Positions 43,463-51,828 of a stretch of DNA of 64,000 bases are shown piece after piece. The DNA comes from Gammaproteobacteria bacterium (lineage in GTDB: Bacteria > Pseudomonadota > Gammaproteobacteria > JABCZS01). Numbering within the stretch: the stretch's first letter is position 1; each line of letters begins with the position of its first letter. Below the pieces are notes generated by a model. The model saw only the letters and a list, made by a program, of their open reading frames with translations, ran no database searches and had not been told where the DNA came from. Made by a program: the position numbers and the translations under genes. The stretch spans positions 40,060-104,059 of the forward strand of contig JBIOEA010000002.1 in assembly GCA_044445605.1 (NCBI GenBank). Direction: 5' to 3'.

Positions 43463-44665
43463 TTATGAGCCACAAGTTGACTTTGCTTTCTTTCCTGAAA
43501 AACGATCGGAAATCCATGCTAAAAAGTCTTTTTGAGCATACGCAGAAAGTCCAATGTGATCAACACCTTTATAAAGGTGATATTCAATAGTGGCGCCTTG
43601 TTTACAAACTTTTTCCACATAAGCCGTTGTTGTCTCGGGAAATATGGCCAAATCCGCATCACCCTGATACACAGCAAGTGGAACTTTTGCGGGAATATTG
43701 CCGAGTGAATTTTCGGCAATACGCTTGTCCCACTTATCTTGATTTTTTCTATCCACGCGAATAGCAGGCCCGACATACTCTTCAAAATAACCCAGCGAAT
43801 CACTCATATGGTGACTGCATTGTGATTTGATTGATTCAGTCAAAAACTTAATGCCATTATCTGTCAACATATCATTCAATTTTAACTCGGGGAACACGAG
43901 CGTCATGGCATACCATGCCATGACCATTTCAGTGGCAGTAACAGGCCGAAGTTTTTTACCTTCCGATGTTATCTTATGCATAATCCTGATTTGCTCATCA
44001 GCATTAACAGGCGCTAAAGACACAGCACCAACAAGATTTGCATGACCGCTTAAGTAATCTGCCAATTGCGCTGCCCAGACAGACGCTTGCCCACCTTGTG
44101 ACCAACCGATAGCAACCACTTCGTTTCCAGCGTGGATTTCTGGCATCTGTTGCACAGCAATCGCTGCATCCATCATATTCCGTGCCTCAGTCGAACCAAT
44201 CAAATATTGATGTATGCCAGGCGAACCTAAGCCGTTGTAGTCTGTTGCCACCACCACATATCCTGCAGCAATCATCTCGGATAAACCTGGAATGCCATAA
44301 TCAAAATCCTCATCGCTATTGGGATGATAGTAAAACACTGCATCACGTGCAGGGTGTTTTGCCAGTGAAGGGGCGCAATGATTTGATATACCAGACGTTC
44401 CGTGCCCCCAGGTGACAATGTGCAACATTTTTTTTGAATCAGACGTTGCTGGCGCAATGACAATACCTGAAACAGGTACCACTTCGTCGTTAATGGTGGT
44501 AGACCAATATGAAATTCTCCACGCTTTGGCATTTGAAACAGAGGTATTGATCTCTTTTGTCGATATGACCTTGCCATGCTGTGGCAAAGAAGCATTATCT
44601 TGCGCCATTGCTGAAATGCAGACGCACGTTAAAAACAGTGAACGAGCAAAAAATGAATGTGTCAT
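43463..44665 (-). CDS. Secretory lipase (LIP family alpha/beta hydrolase) with signal peptide
   Basis: Signal peptide …CISAMA|QD; GWSQGG nucleophile-elbow motif; 400 aa; overall LIP (PF03583-like) architecture. Confidence 0.65.
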   Translation of the reverse strand: MTHSFFARSLFLTCVCISAMAQDNASLPQHGKVISTKEINTSVSNAKAWRISYWSTTINDEVVPVSGIVIAPATSDSKKMLHIVTWGHGTSGISNHCAPSLAKHPARDAVFYYHPNSDEDFDYGIPGLSEMIAAGYVVVATDYNGLGSPGIHQYLIGSTEARNMMDAAIAVQQMPEIHAGNEVVAIGWSQGGQASVWAAQLADYLSGHANLVGAVSLAPVNADEQIRIMHKITSEGKKLRPVTATEMVMAWYAMTLVFPELKLNDMLTDNGIKFLTESIKSQCSHHMSDSLGYFEEYVGPAIRVDRKNQDKWDKRIAENSLGNIPAKVPLAVYQGDADLAIFPETTTAYVEKVCKQGATIEYHLYKGVDHIGLSAYAQKDFLAWISDRFSGKKAKSTCGS

Positions 44666-44746
44666 TTATTTTCTTCCTTAACACAAGGTTTAACCGTTGT
44701 TGCTCTATCGAAATGAATAATACTGTCAAACCAACTCTTTATTCAT
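44666..44746 (-). pseudogene. Remnant of a second ere-like gene: ~65 bp of the 3' end fused to ~15 bp of the 5' end, consistent with an internal ~1.2-kb deletion
   Basis: 44669-44730 matches 40933-40995 (3' end of the ere-like gene) and 44731-44746 matches 42226-42255 (5' end including the start codon). Junction TCAAAC^CAACTC lies in a short direct repeat (TCAAAC/TTCAAC). Confidence 0.7.
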
Positions 44747-44822
44747 TTTAAAATGCACCCTGGTAGATTAACTGATTTCCTATGCTAACATTATAGAGTC
44801 AATTTTGAAAAACAGTTAATCG
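44747..44822. repeat. Near-identical duplicate of the ere/hydrolase intergenic (promoter) region 42256-42331
   Basis: …TGGTAGATTAACTGATTTCCTATGCTAACATTATAGAGT(T/C)AATTTTGAAAAACAGTTAATCG… present at both sites. Confidence 0.85.
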
Positions 44823-44911
44823 CCAACAATGCTGATGAGGCACTCAAGCTCGCTCAACACATCATTAATAACAATGTCCTATATAACGCATCGGGCTTGG
44901 CTATACATTGA
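44823..44911 (+). pseudogene. Internal fragment of a diverged choloylglycine-hydrolase paralog (corresponds to residues ~270-300 of the intact gene), 5' ~800 bp missing
   Basis: Translates to NADEALKLAQHIINNNVLYNASGLAIH* versus intact KNSDEVLTLAQHIINNVDIPLGLV…; joined directly to the duplicated promoter region. Confidence 0.6.
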
Positions 44912-44998
44912 ACCACTTGACAACCCTCATAAATCCGTGTAGCTTAACTAAATTGATCATACAGAATGAACCAGCCGTAAAAACAACAGGTATTACCC

Positions 44999-45886
44999 AT
45001 GGACAAATTACATTATGCTACCGCAGCAAATGAAGATACCGCACAGGTAGTCATCTTTGGTGCCAATTCAAATCGCGCAAGTCATGCGCCAAGCCACCAA
45101 ACAACCACAGGCGTTGATCGCTCTCTTTTTTCAGGCGATTTTGCGCGCGATGCGGAAAATGAAAGCCCTTCTTTGTCTGAAAAAATGGTTCCGGGTGACC
45201 ATGTCTATGATGCAGGCAATCTATCGATGCCAGATAAAAAACTGGCGCAAGTCAAAACGATGTTTAATTATTTCGATAATCTTTTTAATGATAAAAAAAT
45301 CCCCATTTGTTTAGGAGGTGATCATCTCGTCAAATACGCAGGGCTAAGCGCGTTGTTTAAGCATCATCCCGATGCTTATGTCATCTATTTAGATGCGCAC
45401 CCTGATTGCCACATGACAGAGAGGTTATATTATGGCTCAATATTACATCACGTTCTGAATGATAAAAAAGCGAATGCAGATCAAATTGTATTAACAGGCC
45501 TGAGGCAATCTAATGCAAAAGAAAAAATAGGTTATGAATTTTATGCGATGCCGACGATTTTTGGCATTGAATTTTCATTGTATACGCTGAAAGAAATTTT
45601 TGAAAGAATCCAATTGATTATCCCAGCAGGAAAACATGTTTATTTTTCAGTAGACTTAGATGGATTTGATCCCGCTGATACACCCGGGGTGGAACAACCT
45701 TGCCCAGGTGGCCCAAAGGTCAATGATTTTCTAGCGCTCATGCATTTAATGGCATCGAAGTATTATTTTGCAGGCATGGACATCACAGAGTTTTTACCGT
45801 CTATCGACAAACAAAAATTAACCGGGTTGGCTATGATGCGTATTGTGAAAGAATTTGCTGCGCTATCCCTGAACCGAACTGCCTGA
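44999..45886 (+). CDS. Arginase/agmatinase/formiminoglutamase-family ureohydrolase
   Basis: Metal-binding motifs GGDHL, DAHPD, SVDLDGFDP characteristic of the arginase fold; 295 aa. Confidence 0.7.
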   Translation: MDKLHYATAANEDTAQVVIFGANSNRASHAPSHQTTTGVDRSLFSGDFARDAENESPSLSEKMVPGDHVYDAGNLSMPDKKLAQVKTMFNYFDNLFNDKKIPICLGGDHLVKYAGLSALFKHHPDAYVIYLDAHPDCHMTERLYYGSILHHVLNDKKANADQIVLTGLRQSNAKEKIGYEFYAMPTIFGIEFSLYTLKEIFERIQLIIPAGKHVYFSVDLDGFDPADTPGVEQPCPGGPKVNDFLALMHLMASKYYFAGMDITEFLPSIDKQKLTGLAMMRIVKEFAALSLNRTA

Positions 45887-45910
45887 AAATGCAACTTTTT
45901 GGTACGCATT

Positions 45911-45975
45911 GGTGATTGTTCTGCGCTGCACGCTATTTAACGTTCGCGTTTGCTTGAACAATGCTGATTTAAATG
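45911..45975. repeat. Right (compact) copy of the degenerate inverted repeat flanking the hydrolase island
   Basis: GATTGTTCTGCGCTGCACGCTATTTAACGTTCGCGTTTGCTTGAACAATGCTGATTTAAATGAT matches reverse complement of segments in 40621-40852. Confidence 0.5.
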
Positions 45976-46150
45976 ATATAAATTAGCCCGTTGCATCAAA
46001 TAGAATTGAATGATGAATTTGGAAGAAGCATTAAAGAAAGCGATATCAAATTCATTCGCTTCGCTAGCAGGACGCCGACGATAAGCGCCCAAGAACAGTC
46101 GATTCCTTCGGTATGTGAATTCAGGTTATGAAGCGAAGGTGAGAAAAATC

Positions 46151-46216
46151 CCCATGGCGAGTAAAGCACCTATTGAAGACGTGACAAATCAATTTTTGAA
46201 ATCTACCCTTCCCTAG
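46151..46216 (+). pseudogene. 3'-terminal fragment (~20 codons) of a choloylglycine hydrolase gene copy
   Basis: CCCATGGCGAGTAAAGCACCTATTGAAGACGTGACAAATCAATTTTTGAAATCTA… is ~95% identical to 43380-43433, the 3' end of the intact gene. Confidence 0.7.
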
Positions 46217-46566
46217 TGTCCAAATGGATGTCTTTCTATGCCTTCTGCCAACAAAATGCTGGCTAATGCATTGAGGCTTACACCTTCAAGTTTGGCCCGT
46301 CTAGCAAGTGCTGCATGCAGGCTTTTAGGCACACGCATACGCCATTGGCCACTATATTGCTCAGGGCTAGGTAATTCGTCATTAAATTCCTTAGCAGTGA
46401 GCAACCACGATTTCAAGGCATCCTCGGCAGCAGCCAAGGCTTCCTCAATCGTTTCCCCATCTGCCATGCAACCAGGCAAGTCTGGAAATTCTACTAGATA
46501 ACCATCGCCCTCTGACTTACTGAGGTGTCTAATGGTGACTGGGTATTTTAATTCAATCATTGCCAT
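46213..46566 (-). CDS. hicB: HicB-family antitoxin
   Basis: …YPVTIRHLSKSEGDGYLVEFPDLPGCMADGETIEEALAAAEDAL… RNase H-like HicB fold plus C-terminal RHH-like region; overlaps the upstream hicA by 14 bp. Confidence 0.8.
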   Translation of the reverse strand: MAMIELKYPVTIRHLSKSEGDGYLVEFPDLPGCMADGETIEEALAAAEDALKSWLLTAKEFNDELPSPEQYSGQWRMRVPKSLHAALARRAKLEGVSLNALASILLAEGIERHPFGH

Positions 46567-46798
46567 CCTCCATCATCTCTTCAATCAACATTACGAATTG
46601 CTTTATATAAATAGGTTTAATCGGTTTTCTTGCTGGTACTGTCAATTTCTTTCCTGCAGGCGTACGAAACGTCACATGGCTTGTGCCAGGCTGCCGATAA
46701 TCAATGCCAAAGCTATCGGCGATACTTTTTAAGTCTTCAATGCGCCAATCCGTTGGATTTTGTTTTAGCTTTAAAAGCCGTTTTATTGTTTTACTCAT
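46553..46798 (-). CDS. hicA: HicA-family mRNA interferase toxin
   Basis: 81-aa YcfA/HicA-like protein (…GTSHVTFRTPAGKKLTVPARKPIKPIYIKQFVMLIEEM). Confidence 0.75.
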   Translation of the reverse strand: MSKTIKRLLKLKQNPTDWRIEDLKSIADSFGIDYRQPGTSHVTFRTPAGKKLTVPARKPIKPIYIKQFVMLIEEMMEDGND

Positions 46799-46807
46799 AT
46801 TGTTATA

Positions 46808-46836
46808 ATGGTACCACAGGCGGTACCATATTGCAA
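46808..46836 (-). promoter_or_regulatory. hicAB promoter/operator: 8-bp inverted repeat ATGGTACC-N6-GGTACCAT overlapping TTGCAA(-35)/TACCAT(-10) elements; ATG ~10 nt downstream (near-leaderless)
   Basis: Seen directly on the minus strand upstream of the hicA ATG at 46798. Confidence 0.4.
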
Positions 46837-46948
46837 ACGCATTAGGAGAAAATTTTATCTTATTGAAATATATGGATTCACAGACTTATCATTAGGCCGA
46901 CCATAGTGTCAAGTTAACTCGATAATTTCTGGGCTGGCCTTTAGAAGG

Positions 46949-49531
46949 CTACTTTCCACCGCTTTCATCTAGCAGCCATTTTAACATCAGCCTTTTTTTC
47001 AACACTTCCATCAGTGACAAATAGGTCAGCGTAGCTAGAACAAGAAAAATGAAATAACCCATAGGCAACGGCACAAAACCAAAAAGTGTCGCGAGAGGAC
47101 TAAATGGTAGCAAAACAGCGATCAAGACAATGGTGACCACACTGATGCTGAGTGCCATACTCGGTTTACTGCGCCAACAACGTTGAGCGGTTCTCACCAC
47201 AAAAATAACCAATACTTGCGTAGCAAGCGACTCAACAAACCAGCCGGTTTGAAATAAACTATCTGAAGCATGAAAAACCTTGATCATGACAAAAAATGTC
47301 AGCAAATCAAACACCGTTGTTATTGGACCCAAATAGAGCATAAACTTTCGCACAATATCAATACTCCATTGCCGAGGTTTCTGTATAAACACATCATCGA
47401 CATTGTCTGTTGCAAGCGAAATTTGTGAAATATCATAAAGTAAATTATTTAAAAGCAGCTGCGTCGCGGTAGCCGGCAAAAAGGGTAAGAAAAAAATGGA
47501 ACTTGTCATGCTGAGGGTGTTTCCAAAATTTGAACTGGTCCCAACAATGAGGTATTTCATCACATTGACGAGTGACTTCCTCCCCTCGGTGATGCCATTC
47601 AATATGACTTTTAGACTCTGTTCCAGCAGGATAATGTCAGCCGCTTCGCGTGCCACATCTACGGCATCGGACACAGAAATACCCACATCTGCGCATTTCA
47701 GTGCCGGAGCATCATTAATCCCATCCCCCATGTACCCAACAACGTACCCACGCGCACGTAATAACGTGATAATACGTTGCTTCTGTGCCGGTGTCACTCG
47801 GGCGAACACTTGAATTTCTTCGGCTAATTTCCCCAGTGCACTGTCTGAAATGTTGTCGAGATCGCCACCCATCAAAATAGTTGTCGCATCAATGCCTACC
47901 GCATTTGAAACATAACGCGCCACTAAATCATTATCGCCCGTCAAAATCTTGATGCTGACGCCCCGCGAATACAGTTCCTGTATCACTTCTGCAACATCAT
48001 TTAACGGAGGATCCATAAATGTTACCAAACCTGCAATGATCAGATTGTTTTCATCGTCTGCATGATAATCAGATTGCGGCGGCATTTCTCGGTACGCTAC
48101 GGCAAGCACGCGGTAACCTTGAGCACTTTCAGTCTGAAATAACTGATTAAATTGTCGCAACGCTTCGTCATTAATCACTTCAGGTTTTCCGTCGACAAGG
48201 TAGTGCGTGCATATGGGAAGAATCAGTTCAGGTGCGCCTTTCGTGATCAGCAAGTGTGTTCCGCTTTTATCAACCACCACGCTGGCTCTGCGTCGAATAA
48301 AGTCAAAAGGGATTTCATCCATCTTGATATAAGATTGCATGTCAGGATGATGATGCCTTAAAATGGCAGCATCGAGCGGATTAATATCCACCCTGTTCAA
48401 CACAGCCGTATCCGCGGGATTATTGATCCCCGTTCCATAAAGGCTATTCAGATACGCAAGCAATAAAACGTATTCTGAATGCTCCCCGGACAAACTGATT
48501 GATTCTCCGAGTTCCATTTTCCCTGCGGTTAAGGTTCCCGTTTTATCACTGCATAAAATATTTATACTGCCAATATTTTGAATAGCAGATAAATTTTTAA
48601 CGATAACTTTTCCCTTGGCCATTTTTAACGCACCTTTGGCAAGCGTCACCGTCGTGATCATGGGTAACAATTCGGGAGTCATCCCTACGGCCAAAGCTAA
48701 CGCAAAAAGCAAAGATTCAATGGCACTTCGTTCCAAATACAGGTTGATGATAAATACAAACAGCACGACAAAAAACACAAGCTTCATGATAAAAAGACCA
48801 AACCGCACCATGCCTTTATCAAATTCAGTCGGCGGTGGCGTCATATTGATACGCGAGGCAATCGCTCCAAATTCTGTACGGGATCCCGTGCACATGACCA
48901 CCGCCATCCCAGTGCCACTCACAATGGATGTGCCGGCAAAAACAGCATATTTACATTCAACAATATTATTGGGAATGACTCTGTTTGTCGGAATTTCCTT
49001 TTCCACAGGTAATGACTCACCCGTTAACGCCGCTTCTTGAACATGCAGATCCCTTGCTTTGAGCAGATATGCATCTGCAGGCACCATATTTCCGGCCACC
49101 AGTCCAATAATGTCGCCGGGAACCAGTGCCGTGGCAGGAATGTCAACCCAGGTACCCTCCCGTAATACATGGCATGTGGCCGCCACTTGTTCTTGCAGCC
49201 GTTTGGCGGCAACCAAAGAACGGTGGCTTTGAATATAATCCAGGCCAACACTGAGCATCACAATGATGATAATGATTAAAGCATTACTCATGCCGCCCGT
49301 TACTGCCGACACGAAGGCAGCAATCAATAATATGGCGACTAAAGGATTCGCTGCATGCGAAAGAGCAATCAGCACATGTGAACGGTTTCTTTTAGGAATT
49401 ATTTCGTTTGGACCATAGGATACCCGTCTATTCTGAACCTCTTGATCACTGAGGCCCATTTCGGACGTACCCAATGCCGCCAAGGCTTGTTGGGGGTTTA
49501 ACGATAAGATTTTTTGGCTGGATTCTGGCAT
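46949..49531 (-). CDS. mgtA: Magnesium-translocating P-type ATPase (MgtA/MgtB type)
   Basis: 860 aa; P-type ATPase motifs TGES, CSDKTGTLT, MTGDNDLVA, GDGINDAPAL; overall similarity pattern to MgtA. Confidence 0.8.
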   Translation of the reverse strand: MPESSQKILSLNPQQALAALGTSEMGLSDQEVQNRRVSYGPNEIIPKRNRSHVLIALSHAANPLVAILLIAAFVSAVTGGMSNALIIIIIVMLSVGLDYIQSHRSLVAAKRLQEQVAATCHVLREGTWVDIPATALVPGDIIGLVAGNMVPADAYLLKARDLHVQEAALTGESLPVEKEIPTNRVIPNNIVECKYAVFAGTSIVSGTGMAVVMCTGSRTEFGAIASRINMTPPPTEFDKGMVRFGLFIMKLVFFVVLFVFIINLYLERSAIESLLFALALAVGMTPELLPMITTVTLAKGALKMAKGKVIVKNLSAIQNIGSINILCSDKTGTLTAGKMELGESISLSGEHSEYVLLLAYLNSLYGTGINNPADTAVLNRVDINPLDAAILRHHHPDMQSYIKMDEIPFDFIRRRASVVVDKSGTHLLITKGAPELILPICTHYLVDGKPEVINDEALRQFNQLFQTESAQGYRVLAVAYREMPPQSDYHADDENNLIIAGLVTFMDPPLNDVAEVIQELYSRGVSIKILTGDNDLVARYVSNAVGIDATTILMGGDLDNISDSALGKLAEEIQVFARVTPAQKQRIITLLRARGYVVGYMGDGINDAPALKCADVGISVSDAVDVAREAADIILLEQSLKVILNGITEGRKSLVNVMKYLIVGTSSNFGNTLSMTSSIFFLPFLPATATQLLLNNLLYDISQISLATDNVDDVFIQKPRQWSIDIVRKFMLYLGPITTVFDLLTFFVMIKVFHASDSLFQTGWFVESLATQVLVIFVVRTAQRCWRSKPSMALSISVVTIVLIAVLLPFSPLATLFGFVPLPMGYFIFLVLATLTYLSLMEVLKKRLMLKWLLDESGGK

Positions 49532-49627
49532 ATATACCCTGTATCATTTGTCGTGCCGCTATATCAATATAGCCTCTCTTGATCCAATCTCATTTTGGCG
49601 GGCTACAATGGGCACAACTTCTTTCTA

Positions 49628-49720
49628 CATTTGGCTGGGATTACAAACTTTATAACCAGCCAAATCTCATTCGTCAATCACGATTTGGCTGGGTATAACA
49701 ACACGCTATTCAGCCAAATC
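49628..49720 (-). promoter_or_regulatory. Structured 5' leader of mgtA: two tandem hairpins with identical stems (GAUUUGGCUGG / CCAGCCAAAUC) that allow a mutually exclusive middle pairing; TATAAT-like -10 at ~49730-49735
   Basis: Arms at 49629-49638, 49656-49666, 49682-49692, 49711-49720. A 6-codon ORF AUG-AGA-UUU-GGC-UGG-UUA-UAA (minus strand 49670-49650) spans the 5' arm of the proximal hairpin. Confidence 0.45.
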
Positions 49721-49819
49721 TTTTTGCGCATTATAACCCGTTGTTTATGAAGATATTTTCATCGTCATTCTCTTTGGGCAGGGCATTTAAACATGTATCA
49801 TCAAGAAAATCCTGATTGT

Positions 49820-49848
49820 TTGACTCAAAACAGGATTTTAGGTTAAAT
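49820..49848 (+). promoter_or_regulatory. Candidate sigma70 promoter for the ankyrin gene (TTGACT-17-TTAAAT) embedded in a 9-bp inverted repeat AAAATCCTG…CAGGATTTT (49808-49841)
   Basis: Seen directly; ATG of downstream gene at 49878. Confidence 0.4.
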
Positions 49849-49877
49849 TTAAAGCCCTTATCTGACATGAGTCTCAC

Positions 49878-51383
49878 ATGAAGTTCCAAAAGATAATCAA
49901 TACGCTACTCGAACTCAATGCAAAAATGAATAGACCAAAATTAGTCATGACTCCTGCTCAAGCTGAAGATATGATCACCACGAAAGCCGAGCTCAAAGCC
50001 CTCGCCAAGGATGAGCATACGAACTCAATAGCGATAAAGGTTTTTTTATATGAACGTTGGGAACGCATCAAAAATCAGTCATCTAATTATCATCGTTGGC
50101 CGTTAAGCCCCATGAATGAGATTTGCATCGAACTGGCAAATGCGATTAACCCTTACGCATTAACGGCACTTATCATGCCAAAAAAGCACCCACGGCAGAC
50201 GCGCAAGGGGCTCACGAAACGCGACCTGTACACGCATGACGAAAAGGGTTTTACACCTTTCTATTATGTCGTTATACAAAATGATATCGATTCGCTGGAA
50301 GACATGGTTCATGTGGCAGGCAAAGACATTTTAAAATATAAATTTGGCCCTGAAGAATTTCATACGCCACTGACAACAGCGGCGCTTCACAGCAATGAAA
50401 CAATGCTTAAAAAAATAATTGAAATGTTAGGGCCGGATGCATTTGCTCCTCTCGGAGAGCAGCCTCTTCATTGGCTTGCTTATCAAGAATATAGCGTGAA
50501 TACATGTAAAATGGCAGACATATTGATTGAGGAGGCCGCGGCTGCAGGAGCTGATTGTTTTTTGAATACTCAAGGCGCTCATCGCAATTTCTGGGGGAAA
50601 ACCCCGTTCGAGATTGCCTTGTATACCAATAACTGGACGTTCTTCGCTGGCTTTTTAATTCGTAGGGGAGCGGATGTCAACATCAATGACGAGCTGCATC
50701 AAGCCTGGAAAAAAAATAGTTGCCTACTCCCCGCTCTTATCGAGCGAAAAGATATTGGCACCTTGGCAAAGAAAAATGACAAAAATTCAATCATGCTTGA
50801 CCATCTCCTCCGTGATACGCTGAATCATTATAGAAATAGTCATTCTTTTTCCGTCTCAGGCATTAGAAACCTGGTTGAAGCCGGCGCCCAGATTAAACCG
50901 AGTGATTGCGATTTAACTTGCGGCCTACTCAAATGGCAGGGAGGCATTAGCCTTGCAGCACTTCTCTCACAAAATGACATATTTGATCAATGCGAATTTA
51001 AAGAACTGTGCGAGATTCTAAGACCAGATGAACACACTACATCACGTTTAATTATTCTGTACGCCCGCGGCCTTGTCAGCAGACTCTCCCTCTTTGATCC
51101 ATCAACACTTCCCACCATGAGCAGCGAACTTCAACTTGAATTAAAAGATGTAGACACGGCCATTGAAACCATCGAAAAAGTGGATAGACTTCGGATTGAA
51201 ATACTCAAGGTCCAAAAAATCAATCGCGAAAAACCGAACTTTTCCTTTTCCATTTTCAGCTTCTCAAGCAAATTAACCGGCGACTATGCCAGGCTTCCAG
51301 AGAATTTGAGGGGGCCGTTGATAGGGTCGTCTCATCCCGACTTCAACATGAACGGCGACAAAAAAATCACCGCAACTCTGTAA
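49878..51383 (+). CDS. Ankyrin-repeat protein (501 aa), effector-like
   Basis: Several ANK repeats (…GFTPFYYVVIQNDIDSLEDMVHVAG…, …TPLTTAALHSNETMLKKIIEMLG…, …KTPFEIALYTNNWTFFAGFLIRRGADVN…); eukaryote-like domain in a bacterial genome. Confidence 0.75.
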   Translation: MKFQKIINTLLELNAKMNRPKLVMTPAQAEDMITTKAELKALAKDEHTNSIAIKVFLYERWERIKNQSSNYHRWPLSPMNEICIELANAINPYALTALIMPKKHPRQTRKGLTKRDLYTHDEKGFTPFYYVVIQNDIDSLEDMVHVAGKDILKYKFGPEEFHTPLTTAALHSNETMLKKIIEMLGPDAFAPLGEQPLHWLAYQEYSVNTCKMADILIEEAAAAGADCFLNTQGAHRNFWGKTPFEIALYTNNWTFFAGFLIRRGADVNINDELHQAWKKNSCLLPALIERKDIGTLAKKNDKNSIMLDHLLRDTLNHYRNSHSFSVSGIRNLVEAGAQIKPSDCDLTCGLLKWQGGISLAALLSQNDIFDQCEFKELCEILRPDEHTTSRLIILYARGLVSRLSLFDPSTLPTMSSELQLELKDVDTAIETIEKVDRLRIEILKVQKINREKPNFSFSIFSFSSKLTGDYARLPENLRGPLIGSSHPDFNMNGDKKITATL

Positions 51384-51394
51384 ATCATCTCAAA

Positions 51395-51826
51395 TCAGTC
51401 CACCCAATTTTCTACTTTAAGCCCGGGAAATCGTTTAAACTCGCGCACGTTATTTGTAATCAGTGTGCACTTTAAACTCAAGGCATGAGAGCCGATCATT
51501 AAATCTTCTGATCCAATCACCTGCCCTTTTGCTTCAAGATATGCGCGTATCTCTCCGTATACAGCCGCAGCCTCATAACCAAATGGCTCAATGCATAATC
51601 GAGAAATAAATGAATTTATTATTGTCTCATTGATATTGGGTTCGCCCGTGTTTTTGCTTTTTTTATGGTGCCAATGATTTCTTGCAACCCAATACCGTAA
51701 CTCTGCCAGGCTCACGCTAGAAATCATACAAGCATCTGCAGGAATGCTTTGGAAATGCTTTAATACTTTTTCCGGCCTGTGCTTGATAATATAGCTACAA
51801 ATATTCGTATCTAACATATACTGCAT
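51395..51826 (-). CDS. vapC: VapC toxin (PIN-domain ribonuclease)
   Basis: MQYMLDTNICSYIIK… N-terminal PIN acidic residues; 143 aa; immediately downstream of vapB. Confidence 0.85.
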   Translation of the reverse strand: MQYMLDTNICSYIIKHRPEKVLKHFQSIPADACMISSVSLAELRYWVARNHWHHKKSKNTGEPNINETIINSFISRLCIEPFGYEAAAVYGEIRAYLEAKGQVIGSEDLMIGSHALSLKCTLITNNVREFKRFPGLKVENWVD

Positions 51827-51828
51827 TT

